Assembly (NCBI GenBank): GCA_010093605.1
Contig: MU004196.1
Coordinates: 22,606-86,605 of the forward strand
Direction: 5' to 3'
Length of the DNA: 64,000 nucleotides
From: Lophium mytilinum
Lineage: Eukaryota
Of the stretch, positions 25,112-34,978 are shown in pieces. Position 1 is the first letter of the stretch. Each line of letters begins with the position of its first letter. The position numbers were made by a program, and so were the translations under genes. The notes under the pieces are model-generated. The model was not told the origin of the DNA and ran no database searches. It saw only the letters and a program-made list of their open reading frames with translations.

Positions 25112-25879
25112 AATGAACCAATATATGTCAATTGAATGTTTTCCCAGAAAATGAAAGCAGAAAGTCAAGTTCGAAAGGTGTGCTGATGGTGTTTGTTGAA
25201 GTATTCATAGATTCATTAGCACTATATATATTCCCGACTTGTACTTTCAGAGGGTGATGTAGTAGTCGGAGATATAAACAGATCATCGAATCCTTCTCGT
25301 ATAGCTACCAGGCGTCGGCCAACCTGGCCTCGATCCTTCGCGTATGAATCGAAGCCCAGACCTCGAGCCTCAAAGAGTTCCCCTTCATTAGCCATAGGCA
25401 TTTACCAAACACGTACCTGAAGTCAGCGAATTTTGAACGGTGGGGGCTAAACGACCGGGAAAAAGTACACGACCGACATCCAACTCCAGGGGTTTGATAT
25501 TTCCGACCGGGAAAAATCACATTACGAAGTTTGAGGAATCTTAAAAATACACTACCCCCTGGTACTGTTGCAAGTTACTGACGTTGCAAATTTCCTTTCC
25601 TAGTACGTGCTGCCTCCATACTATCGACTTCCTATGCTAGGGATTGGAAGAATGAATGGAGCGGTGACCATTCAATTTTGCCCAAAATGGATATACTATT
25701 TTGCAGCCTCTGTCATTGGCCGAATATTTCGTTTCAATGAAACTACTAACCAGGATACAGGTTACGAACCCCCTAGTAGCACGCTTGACATATGAGAGAA
25801 GACATGACTGCACCCCCATCGCATATTATTAGAAGACCTAAGTCCTAGTCTAGCCGTTGCTATCTTCTCCATCCTAGAA

Positions 25880-28800
25880 TCACAGACGCTCTCCAACTTC
25901 CCCGCCTCTCCTTCTCAACTGCTCTACCTTCCTTGCCCTCTCTTTCCGCTCATCTACCGACAAATCCCCACCAATAGCCCCATCCTGCATCCTCCAAGCT
26001 TCCTGCAGATGCTCAAGAGCATTCCTCCACTGTCCCTGTCCCTGTGCAATCTCGCTTCTAATCTCCAGAAGATCCGCCTTGTTGATGACATCGTTACTCG
26101 CGTCATTTAGCTCCATCACAAAAGCCTCATCAACGAGTCTTTCCGCCTCTTTCCAATCCTTCTTCTTGATCGCAGCACGGATACCCTTATTCACCAAAAT
26201 CATGTGCCTAAACTGCGCCGACAACGACAAAATCTCAAAGGGGATGTCTTCCCACGACTTTTGATTCTCTGGATATTCTTCACTGCCTTCGTCGGCCAAT
26301 ATGAACCGATGATACGCCATTCTTTCTTTGAAAACTTCCTTCTTCTCTTGCAAGCGATGAGGAGGGTCGAGTGCGAGTCGGAGACCAAATTCGCAGTGTT
26401 CAAAAGCGCGATTCATCTTTTCCTTCTGCTCCGGCAGGAGGCTTGCTGGCATATGCGCCCTGGAATCATCGATGATGGATTGAGCGATTTTGTTGAATTT
26501 GGGGGATTGGCTAGAGTGAAGACGGTGGTAATGCCCTGCAAGATTGGCGGCGAGGTTCATTGCAAGGCCTCGTAAAGCGAAAATACCCATTTCGGCTGTT
26601 TCTTCCTCTTCGGATCGTGGTTCTGGAGTAGTTTGGGCCCAAGACTTGAGTCTCCCGAAAACGGAGTCGAGAGATGGCACAAGAGGCGCTGGCTTCTCCT
26701 TGGCGACAATCTTGAGAGTGTCGATTTCTGCGAGAATACGAGTAAGGGCCAGCTCCCAGAGAACGGCAACGATTCGCAGTCGTCCTGGATCCTTGAGTAC
26801 ACCGCGCTGTATAACGCTGACAAGTCGAAAGAGGCACACGAGTTGCAAGGAGTCGGATGTATTGCTCTGCAATCCAATCAAGGCGGCAGCGACGAAATTG
26901 CCAAACTCAGCATGCAACTCCTCCCGAGGTTGTGTCCAGGTCGGGCTGTAGTAGATTTTGGACCAAGGCCATTGTTTCGTGCGATAGCAGTAGTAGTAGA
27001 CGAACCCCTGCTTTATCGACTCAGTAATCCTTAGCACGTTTTGGTCATAGCCCGGTTGCGCCCTCATCATTATGGGGACCAGGGGGTGTAGAGCCATAGC
27101 GCCCCTGTGGTAACTACCCTGATCCCCTTCGATCGTGGTCGTATTTGCGGGTATGTTCTCTAAGAACCCTGCCTCCTTCAACTTTGATAGGAATCTTGTG
27201 CAGCCGGACTCCAGTATTTCACTGACTATGGGTATTGCGGGAAAATCGATTTCCTCATAGGCAACGATGATATTCGCCATGTCGGCTTTTGGTTTCGGTA
27301 CCTCGTCTTCGCTGGAAGCAGCCACAAGACGCATCAATTCGATCATCATTCTCATGTTTTCAGTCATGTCGTCCATGTCCACTCCAGCGTTCTCAAGCAT
27401 CTCGAGCGTGGCCCTCGCTTTTTGTTGCGGAGTGTCACCCATGAGCTTTTGTGCAGAGATACTCCACAGCTGGACAAACTTGCCCAAGTCGTCCACTGGC
27501 AATACGTGTTGGAAGCAAGCGAAGACGACGGGTGTGAAACCATCTCCCAAACGTTCTGGCATCAGCTCGTCCGCGATGTGATCAAGCTGCAAAACGCTAC
27601 GCAAGCCCTCCTTTCCTCTCGCTTCCGATCGGTTCAACATGATATGTTTGCCACTCAACATGTCAAAATAGTACTCTTTAGGGCTTTTCAGTATGCATAG
27701 CCCATCTTGAGCCAGGAGCCGAATCGCAAGTGGGTTTCCGGCGGTGATATTCACGACCTGTTCCAAATACTGGAAGTCTTCCTCGGACTTATAGTCTCCC
27801 ACGTTCATCAGCTCCTGGGCACCCTTCAATATACCGTAAACGACTTGCGTTCCGGGAACGGTGCGAAGGCCAGATAGTCGATGAGGCACTGTTGCTGCGC
27901 CGAGCCATTTTTCTGGCCGCCGGGAAGCGATAACCACGAGAGCCTTTGTTTTGGCGAGGGCTTTTATGAACTTGATGAAGACGCCGTACATTCGATTCAT
28001 GTTTACTGCTTCGAGGCGATCTAGAATAATGACGCATCGGTGTTTGTTTAGATGTGCATAGAGCTTCTCCGGCACCACGGGAGACTTGATGCCAGTAAAA
28101 TAACCCTGTAATTGAGAGCAAAGAGCATTCACATCAAAAGGATCCGTGGGCAATTGGATGTGTATGGCATCTTTTACAAGGCCTGTGATTGCCCACCAGC
28201 GGCGGAGATGCGCCAGCAATGTCGTCTTACCAACTCCGGGCGAGCCGGTAAGGAGAACGGGTTTACTTCCGATTAGCAGCGCTGACTCAAGGTGCATGAT
28301 ATCTGTTTCCCGCCCATACGGAAACAAGCGTCGCAGGTCTTGTTCCTCTTCTAGACCTTCGAGCTCCGGGAAAGTCTCTGGGAATGGCCTGTTAATTGAG
28401 GGATCCAAGTAAACGACTGGCACGATTGAATCCGCAACCTTGACGACGCTCCCTACCTTGGTCGTTCGATTCGAGTTGCGAACCATTGCTTGTCGTGCAA
28501 GAGATGCTGCCGCCTCAAGCGGCAATTTGTGCTCCACCAGCCCTTGATAGAGCGCTTCAGTGAAGACTTCCACGCTTCGGTCTGCAATCGTGAAGCTCAT
28601 GGCCACGACGACAGGTACCCCGGCATGGACGAATGCACTCGCAATATTTGTCTCCGGACTTGATCCACACGCAGATCGACACGCATTCAGTACTACCTGG
28701 CCCACTGCTCGTTCTTGAAGCAACTCGCCAACTTCTGCGGCAGTGCGATAATCAGACCGCAACTTGAGATACTCAGACCCAGCCTCGTGCTTGACAAACT

Positions 28801-29542
28801 TCAAAAACACGGTGCCACTTGCCGTGTCCTCCACACCGTGCATATCGAAATGAAGCACATCAAAGTAACCTGGCTCTTGTGACTCAAGGTGCGTCTTGAG
28901 GGCTTCGAAAGTGCCTGGACGAACGATCTCCACGCTGATGGTGTTGTCATACCGCTCAGATGCCTCCACAATGAGCCGGGATACGAGTCGTGGAGCCACA
29001 TCGTTATCTTCACCGGAGCGAGCAGTTACAATGAGTATACGAAGGGCATTCGTGAATTTGGCTCTGGCAGTGGACGGATTTGGCTCTGCGTGACCTTGTT
29101 CTCGACGGATGACCCGGATAATATTTACTGAAATAGGACGATGTGAGGGTCGCCATAGTTCCAAGCGTTCTAGTACTTCCCAGAAGATGACCGCGGTTGA
29201 GCCTTGCTGGTCTGGCTCCTCGACATTAATAACGAGTGGCTTGTTTAATTCCGATGGAGGTAAGAATTCGGCGAAGTTGAGTGAGGATACCAACGCCTTG
29301 CCGTAAGCTACAAGAGCAGAGAACGCTTTCGACGCACGCTCGCTATTGAATGGGTCGAGCTCTGCGTAGTCCTCAAGGTACCAGCGGAACTCCTCTAACG
29401 ACGACGTTGACAATATGGGGATTTCCCGCTCTATGCGGCGGCTAAGTTCATGGTCCACGATCAGGCAGGTGGTCGCATCATAGGAGGTAGACGCTAGAGA
29501 TTTTTGAGTTAATAGAAATGGAGTGATTGTAATAACCGTCAT
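25880..29542 (-). CDS. NLR-like protein: CHAT (caspase-like) protease + NB-ARC-type STAND NTPase + helical/TPR-like C-terminus
   Basis: Uninterrupted 1220-aa ORF. CHAT dyad VLHFDMHG (~28835-28858) and VVLNACRS (~28673-28696), then GVPVVVAMSF..F...LY. NB-ARC: YGRE, GSPGVGKTT (~28220-28246), IILDRLE, VIASRR, GNPLAI, LHPLV. TPR-like end ..SEIAQGQGQWRNALEHLQEAWRM. Confidence 0.9.
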   Translation of the reverse strand: MTVITITPFLLTQKSLASTSYDATTCLIVDHELSRRIEREIPILSTSSLEEFRWYLEDYAELDPFNSERASKAFSALVAYGKALVSSLNFAEFLPPSELNKPLVINVEEPDQQGSTAVIFWEVLERLELWRPSHRPISVNIIRVIRREQGHAEPNPSTARAKFTNALRILIVTARSGEDNDVAPRLVSRLIVEASERYDNTISVEIVRPGTFEALKTHLESQEPGYFDVLHFDMHGVEDTASGTVFLKFVKHEAGSEYLKLRSDYRTAAEVGELLQERAVGQVVLNACRSACGSSPETNIASAFVHAGVPVVVAMSFTIADRSVEVFTEALYQGLVEHKLPLEAAASLARQAMVRNSNRTTKVGSVVKVADSIVPVVYLDPSINRPFPETFPELEGLEEEQDLRRLFPYGRETDIMHLESALLIGSKPVLLTGSPGVGKTTLLAHLRRWWAITGLVKDAIHIQLPTDPFDVNALCSQLQGYFTGIKSPVVPEKLYAHLNKHRCVIILDRLEAVNMNRMYGVFIKFIKALAKTKALVVIASRRPEKWLGAATVPHRLSGLRTVPGTQVVYGILKGAQELMNVGDYKSEEDFQYLEQVVNITAGNPLAIRLLAQDGLCILKSPKEYYFDMLSGKHIMLNRSEARGKEGLRSVLQLDHIADELMPERLGDGFTPVVFACFQHVLPVDDLGKFVQLWSISAQKLMGDTPQQKARATLEMLENAGVDMDDMTENMRMMIELMRLVAASSEDEVPKPKADMANIIVAYEEIDFPAIPIVSEILESGCTRFLSKLKEAGFLENIPANTTTIEGDQGSYHRGAMALHPLVPIMMRAQPGYDQNVLRITESIKQGFVYYYCYRTKQWPWSKIYYSPTWTQPREELHAEFGNFVAAALIGLQSNTSDSLQLVCLFRLVSVIQRGVLKDPGRLRIVAVLWELALTRILAEIDTLKIVAKEKPAPLVPSLDSVFGRLKSWAQTTPEPRSEEEETAEMGIFALRGLAMNLAANLAGHYHRLHSSQSPKFNKIAQSIIDDSRAHMPASLLPEQKEKMNRAFEHCEFGLRLALDPPHRLQEKKEVFKERMAYHRFILADEGSEEYPENQKSWEDIPFEILSLSAQFRHMILVNKGIRAAIKKKDWKEAERLVDEAFVMELNDASNDVINKADLLEIRSEIAQGQGQWRNALEHLQEAWRMQDGAIGGDLSVDERKERARKVEQLRRRGGEVGERL

Positions 29543-29983
29543 TCTTAACTGGATATTGAGTGAAGTTCGGCGGTGTTAGACTTGTGTTCTTGCTACCCGT
29601 ATTGATACTTTAGACGCTAGATGTGAAGAAGGTGTCTGGGCAAGAGAGATGCGACAAAAACCTAGGTATAAAGCATGGTAAATATTCTAGACCTCGCTTG
29701 ATACTTCCCGAAGACGCGAAGGCTGCATAGATCGATGAGGCTGAGCTGCGAGTTCAGCTCTGACGATTCCGCGATAGCCGTGGACTTGGCCTGCGGCTGA
29801 GTCTGGGCCAAGGTTGCTGCGGCACAGAACTTGCTTTTTCTACTACGTACCTCCTAGGCAGCCATGAAGCGACATAGCGAGGCGAGAAGGTGTTAAAGTA
29901 TCTCTGAACTCATCACCTCCAGGACGTCCCGAACTTCAACCCTACCACATCCCAATCACGTGATCCTACCCACTTTCAATATT

Positions 29984-30871
29984 ATGGCCGACACTCCTTT
30001 CTTCTACCTGCTCGACCCAGAGCGCTTGATCCCCACCTCGGATATCGCCCTCTGGCTCGGTCGAATTGTCAAGCATTATGCAGAACCTGACGCTTCATAC
30101 ACGCCTTCGGACCCCTCCCCATTCATCACGACGCCCATCTCCGCAAACGCTCTCGTCAATACCAGTAGTGTTCTCTCAGGCTCCAACAATACATCCCTAT
30201 CCGCTGCTCTCGCCAAATCCGCCTCCGTCGCGGCGTCCAAATCAAGTTCAAGCGGCACAGATTTCACCACCCCAGAAATATTAAGCGTCCGAATGCAAAA
30301 GTACGACACGATTTTCGATTCAATGCGACAGAATGATGAGGTCAAAGCCGACTTGGGCCGTATGTTAACGCCGGGAGGAAAACCAGCATTCATGATCGTT
30401 GCGGTACTGATATGGACCGACGCGAGCTTCACGGATGTTCGGTCCCTCGAGTCTTCTGTATCGGGCAGCGTGACGGCGCCCTTAACTGCGACTGTCGCGG
30501 CCACGACGGGTGTGGTTGTTCCTGGAATCAATCCTAAGCTGAAGGGTGAGAAAGGAAGCAGTACCTCGCGGAAGCTAGCTGGATTGAGTCTCGGGAGCCA
30601 CATCTTCGCGTTGCAGTACAAGGCTGTGCGTAGACCGGCATGGGCTATCGGCCGGAGCTTCACGCCTAAATTAGAGGATAAGGGCCCACGAGTGGAGGGT
30701 GTAAAGAGATTCGCGGGTAGATTGGAGGAAGAGAGTAAGACGGAAGATGGGCCGGTGGAGGTGGAAATGGATGAAGACCTTGTAAGCTGGACAGATGTAT
30801 TGGACGAGGATGAAGGCGAATTGGAGACGGAGGAGCTGGGAGAACTAGCACTTGCTTTCACAGGGAGTTGA
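29984..30871 (+). CDS. Fungal gasdermin-like pore-forming protein (RCD-1/HET-Q1-like) with acidic C-terminal tail
   Basis: Intronless 295 aa. N-terminal FYLL..P..WLGRIV...P; Ser/Thr-rich beta-hairpin-like segment; helix ending DEVK; PAFMIVAVLI; second alternating segment SVSGSVTAP..; HIFALQYKAV; then a ~50-aa D/E-rich tail. This motif order matches my recollection of fungal gasdermins, and the gene neighbours a protease. Confidence 0.78.
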   Translation: MADTPFFYLLDPERLIPTSDIALWLGRIVKHYAEPDASYTPSDPSPFITTPISANALVNTSSVLSGSNNTSLSAALAKSASVAASKSSSSGTDFTTPEILSVRMQKYDTIFDSMRQNDEVKADLGRMLTPGGKPAFMIVAVLIWTDASFTDVRSLESSVSGSVTAPLTATVAATTGVVVPGINPKLKGEKGSSTSRKLAGLSLGSHIFALQYKAVRRPAWAIGRSFTPKLEDKGPRVEGVKRFAGRLEEESKTEDGPVEVEMDEDLVSWTDVLDEDEGELETEELGELALAFTGS

Positions 30872-31219
30872 GACTATCAGTCGAAGAAGGTCGTTAGACA
30901 CCTAATTGAAAGACATGGGCGGCCCACATGAGAGTAGTGAACAATGTAACGTAAAGCCCTACCACTGCCGCTACCCTGTTTTCATCACCGATAGCTAGGT
31001 TTCAGGCTAGGCTTTTACATAGCGACTATATCGTCATTGCGTCACATGAATTAACCCTTTTGAGCACAACATAGAAAGAAAAGCAAAAGTTGGGGAAAGA
31101 AGGTTTGTTCTATAGATTTATCGAATGCGGATGGACTAGCTATGCTAATCGTATCATCCATTGTCAGGTGATGCTAGGAAGTTCGTATGGACGCACTAAC
31201 TACGCTCCTTGATAAGTAT

Positions 31220-32197
31220 TCATACATCAAGTGAGTGAATGATAGTCTCGACGTGTTCATCCCAGCCATCATAGAGATCACGGTAGACATCATCATCAGA
31301 GTCTTCTGAATCATCAGAATCATCTGATTGATCAGTAGAGTCTTCGATGTTGAAGATCCGACGACACATAGGGCAGTTCTTGTGCTCTTCAACCCACGTT
31401 CCCAAGCAATTTGCCCCAAAGATGTGCCCGCATAGCTTCGTTCGTACTGGAGCCTCCTCAATGTAATCATCCTTGCAGATTGGGCAGATTTCATCCGGGT
31501 CGACATCACAGTTCTCAACTATGCTGTCCCAGATCTGCTCCTGCCTGCGGCGAACTCGTTCTCGCCGGTCAGCGATCCGAAGGGCAGTAGCACGATAGTG
31601 ATGGAAGCGTAACGTAGCTTCTTCAGCCGAGTCGTTAAAGGCGTTGGACAATCCATGCGCAATGCGCATTTCAGGGCTGTTGGCTGGCAGCTGGGCCTGA
31701 TCGTCACCCAGCTCGCCAATCAACCGGAACAGATATCTGATCCCCTGTGCTTGGATCATGCGTCCAATTTCCAACGAACTTGGTTCCCAGATCTGTTCAA
31801 CACCCAGAGTAATCTCATCATCAGGATCAGGAAGCCCGATGATGCGGCGAACCACACGCGCTCGGTCTCGCACTGACTGAATAAAGGGCTCTAGGTCGGC
31901 AATGGATGGAAAGACAGCTTCTGCGGCAGGGTGCTGGCGGAGAACAGAGGCTCGGATGTTGTGGACTCGGGCGGGGGAGTCTGGTTCGTCGCTCTCGAAT
32001 GCGACCCAGTAGAACGACCTGTGAAACGAGTTGAAAGCGCGCAGCATCTGCCCACGGAGTACCCAGGGATCTACGTTGTCACGTTCTTCGTAGCCCTCCA
32101 GCCTTAGGTAGTTGTACAGGATGTCGAGATTCAGGTCCGGGAGGGGGTTTTGACCAATTGTGGGATCAACTGGAGGGTCAGGAGCGAAGTTCTCCAT
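31220..32197 (-). CDS. RING-finger protein (variant CGHxFGxxC) with acidic tail
   Basis: CPIC-x14-CGHIFGANC-x10-CPMCR; intronless 325 aa. Confidence 0.85.
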   Translation of the reverse strand: MENFAPDPPVDPTIGQNPLPDLNLDILYNYLRLEGYEERDNVDPWVLRGQMLRAFNSFHRSFYWVAFESDEPDSPARVHNIRASVLRQHPAAEAVFPSIADLEPFIQSVRDRARVVRRIIGLPDPDDEITLGVEQIWEPSSLEIGRMIQAQGIRYLFRLIGELGDDQAQLPANSPEMRIAHGLSNAFNDSAEEATLRFHHYRATALRIADRRERVRRRQEQIWDSIVENCDVDPDEICPICKDDYIEEAPVRTKLCGHIFGANCLGTWVEEHKNCPMCRRIFNIEDSTDQSDDSDDSEDSDDDVYRDLYDGWDEHVETIIHSLDV

Positions 32198-32722
32198 GAT
32201 GTTGAGTGTGTTGACTGTACGCTCGACCGAGTTGCTTGATGATTGGCTTGAGAACCTGTGCTGTGGTCAGCTAGATGGGGTTTTGCGTATGTTGCCGAGC
32301 TTGAGAAGTGTGCAACCAGTATCCTGCAGAGTTTAACGTGGGTGAAAAGACTCTTTTTAATTGCGCATCAACTAGGACATCGTTGACGGACGACGTAGAA
32401 GACGACGAGAGACGCTCACCATGTAAGTATGTACATGTACAATGCTTGGTCACAAATAGTACCTTGTTCGTAAACTTGATGAAATGTGGACGGAGAAGGT
32501 TATTCACAATGCAAATGTACTGCTCCCCTTCACAACAATGACATTGTGCCAAATCATAAAGATATAAAACACCTGGGCTTTCCGTTTAAGTCTGCTCTTC
32601 ATCAGATCTTCGGAAACCAAGCTTGCAACATACCTTCAAGTCACCCTTCCCCCAGATCCAATCTTCCAACAAACCTTTCAACCATCATACCTGAAAGCAC
32701 CCCAGCACACAACTACACAAAC

Positions 32723-34297
32723 ATGCCACTCGATTACCTGGGCTCGAATTCCGAGACTCCTGGGTCTTCGTCTCGACGGCGCCAGGTCCGCGAGTTCACG
32801 CCAGCCCGAACAGAGTTGCCCGCCGGGTCTTCTCGGCCTCGCAACGAAGCCTCAGCTTCAGCATCTCGACAACAAGAAGCCTCTTGGGGCTTCGAGGGAC
32901 TGAGTCTAGGACACGGGCGCTCAACGCACAGCTCCACCCCACGTGGTCAAACCCATGCCCCCACGTCTCGTGCTCCATCGACGAATCGTACTGCCACGTC
33001 TCGTACTCCCGCAACGACCCGTACTCCAGCCACGTCTCGTACCACAGCCCAAAAAGACTCCTCTTCGGGCTTCGAGTCGCGTCGTCTAGGACCTCACGGG
33101 GACTCCACGCACAGCGCTACCCCACGACAGACCCATACCCAAGGGACGACCCGTACTCAAGCCACATCTCGTACTCCAGCAACGAATCGTACTGAGTCCA
33201 CGACCCGTACTCAAGCTACATCTCGTACTTCAGCAACGAATCGTACTGAGTCCACGTCTCGTACTCAAGCTACGTCTCGTAACACAACCACGTCTCGTAC
33301 CACGGCCACGTCTCATAGCTTGCCCGACTTCGAGACTTTGATTCAGAAACATCTCGTTCCCGCAACCGTCAAAGCGGGGGATGACGAGTGCATAATCTGC
33401 ACCAGCGAATTTGACACCGGCAAGCACCAGGCAGTCAAAGTTAAGAGCAATCCCGCCTGCGGCCATTACTGGGGTCGTGAGTGCATTCTCATCTGGTTTC
33501 ACTCACAACGCGAGACGTCTAATCGTTGCCCAGTTTGCCGCCAAGAGCTCTTCAAGATCAATGATGCGATGATCAAGCATTCTCGAGCCAACATGGACGG
33601 AATCCTGCCGGAGGAAGACTGGCTGCGACAGGAGCACGGCGTCGTGCGGTCGCGGTCGCTGATAGATCGACCGCAGTCGACTCCAGAGTGGGAGAAGCGT
33701 CTTAAGCGCCAAACTTGCGAAGAGCATGCGTCGTACCTGCGAGAAGTTGGCCGCCCTCATGAGATCCCTTCGCGATGGCGACCTGCACCAGACGCCGCAA
33801 AGGCGCGTTGGCTTCTCCAAGAAGGGCGAGACCTGATTCGCCACTTCAATAATCGGAAGATCCTTTTCTTCAATTATGATGGAGACAAGGTGATTGACCC
33901 AGATGCTCCCATCGGTCGTCGTGTAGCCTTTACCTCTACACCCCACGGTCGGCCATGGAGTGGCGAGCCTACGTCCCGTACCACGTCCCGTTCCACGTCC
34001 CGTACCACGTCCCGCACTGCTACTACGTCGCTTCGTTCTGACCCTGTTGCTTCTGTATCGCGTCCTAGCTACTGGGCCGGTACTGACGTTCCAATAGCGG
34101 ATGATGCGTGGGTCCGACGTCTCAAAGCTCAACGGCACGCGGAGATAGACTGGTATGGGGTAGAGCCGGATGCCGACAAGAAACGATCCCTGCTTGCAGA
34201 AGGCAAGGCATTGGTCAAAGTCTTCGGTAAGGAAGCATTCGTCTTCGACTATAGTGGCAATCAGATCATAGTCCCAGATGCTTCTCAACTTCGTTAG
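32723..34297 (+). CDS. RING-finger protein with S/T/R-rich repeats and a duplicated C-terminal module
   Basis: ATG 32723 (MPLDYL) follows TATAAAA at 32563; CIIC..CGHYWGREC..W..CPVCRQELF. Confidence 0.85.
   Translation: MPLDYLGSNSETPGSSSRRRQVREFTPARTELPAGSSRPRNEASASASRQQEASWGFEGLSLGHGRSTHSSTPRGQTHAPTSRAPSTNRTATSRTPATTRTPATSRTTAQKDSSSGFESRRLGPHGDSTHSATPRQTHTQGTTRTQATSRTPATNRTESTTRTQATSRTSATNRTESTSRTQATSRNTTTSRTTATSHSLPDFETLIQKHLVPATVKAGDDECIICTSEFDTGKHQAVKVKSNPACGHYWGRECILIWFHSQRETSNRCPVCRQELFKINDAMIKHSRANMDGILPEEDWLRQEHGVVRSRSLIDRPQSTPEWEKRLKRQTCEEHASYLREVGRPHEIPSRWRPAPDAAKARWLLQEGRDLIRHFNNRKILFFNYDGDKVIDPDAPIGRRVAFTSTPHGRPWSGEPTSRTTSRSTSRTTSRTATTSLRSDPVASVSRPSYWAGTDVPIADDAWVRRLKAQRHAEIDWYGVEPDADKKRSLLAEGKALVKVFGKEAFVFDYSGNQIIVPDASQLR
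33146..33280 (+). repeat. In-frame 54-bp tandem repeat (~2.5 copies; TTRTQATSRTPATNRTES)
   Basis: Units start at 33146, 33200 and 33254. Confidence 0.9.
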
Positions 34298-34978
34298 CTT
34301 GGCCACGGCCGCTAGCCGTACATTCGCCATAGCAGCGACATGTGTTTGATAGCTTGTTCCTTCGAGTCACCTCTTACAATCTCCCATTCAGGGAGATTAG
34401 CCCATTGCTCTAGTGCTGATACTGGGCGCTGGAGTTGTCAAGTTTTTATAGGCTAGTGAATAGCCTCCTTACCTAAATTGAAATCATTACCAAACTCTTT
34501 TTATCCCATGACCGTGATGTGCCCACAGTGTTATTGTAAAAAGGCAGCTTTAACCTTCGTAAGACGGTAGTCTGCATGAGGATCTGAGCAAATTGAGAGC
34601 TTCGTAGGTAGCGATATCAATTCCTGCGTGGCCAAAAGTTCAATGAGAGGTATTGCAACGATTGAGACCTATGACACCGCACCTTTCTGCTATTCAATGC
34701 CAGTACGCATTGTTAGCTTACAATGAAATACATCGCAGATTGCTCACCATCTTCACAATACCCAAGCCTCACAATTCCATTGTTCCAATTGCACAACGCG
34801 CTTTAACAACGCAAAGAGCAACAGTATAAAGGTCTGCGTAGACTTGTGTCAACAGTCTTCTCATCATCGGATCTTTAGAAGTCAACTTACAATCACAACT
34901 GCAAAGCACTTCTTCCTACATCCAACCCCCACAATCCCCACCACAACTTCAATCAATCACCAGCACAGCCAACCAGCC

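Noticed and set aside
30076..30861. 261-aa minus-strand ORF
   Set aside because: Antisense shadow of the gasdermin-like gene; Ser-rich, no motifs.
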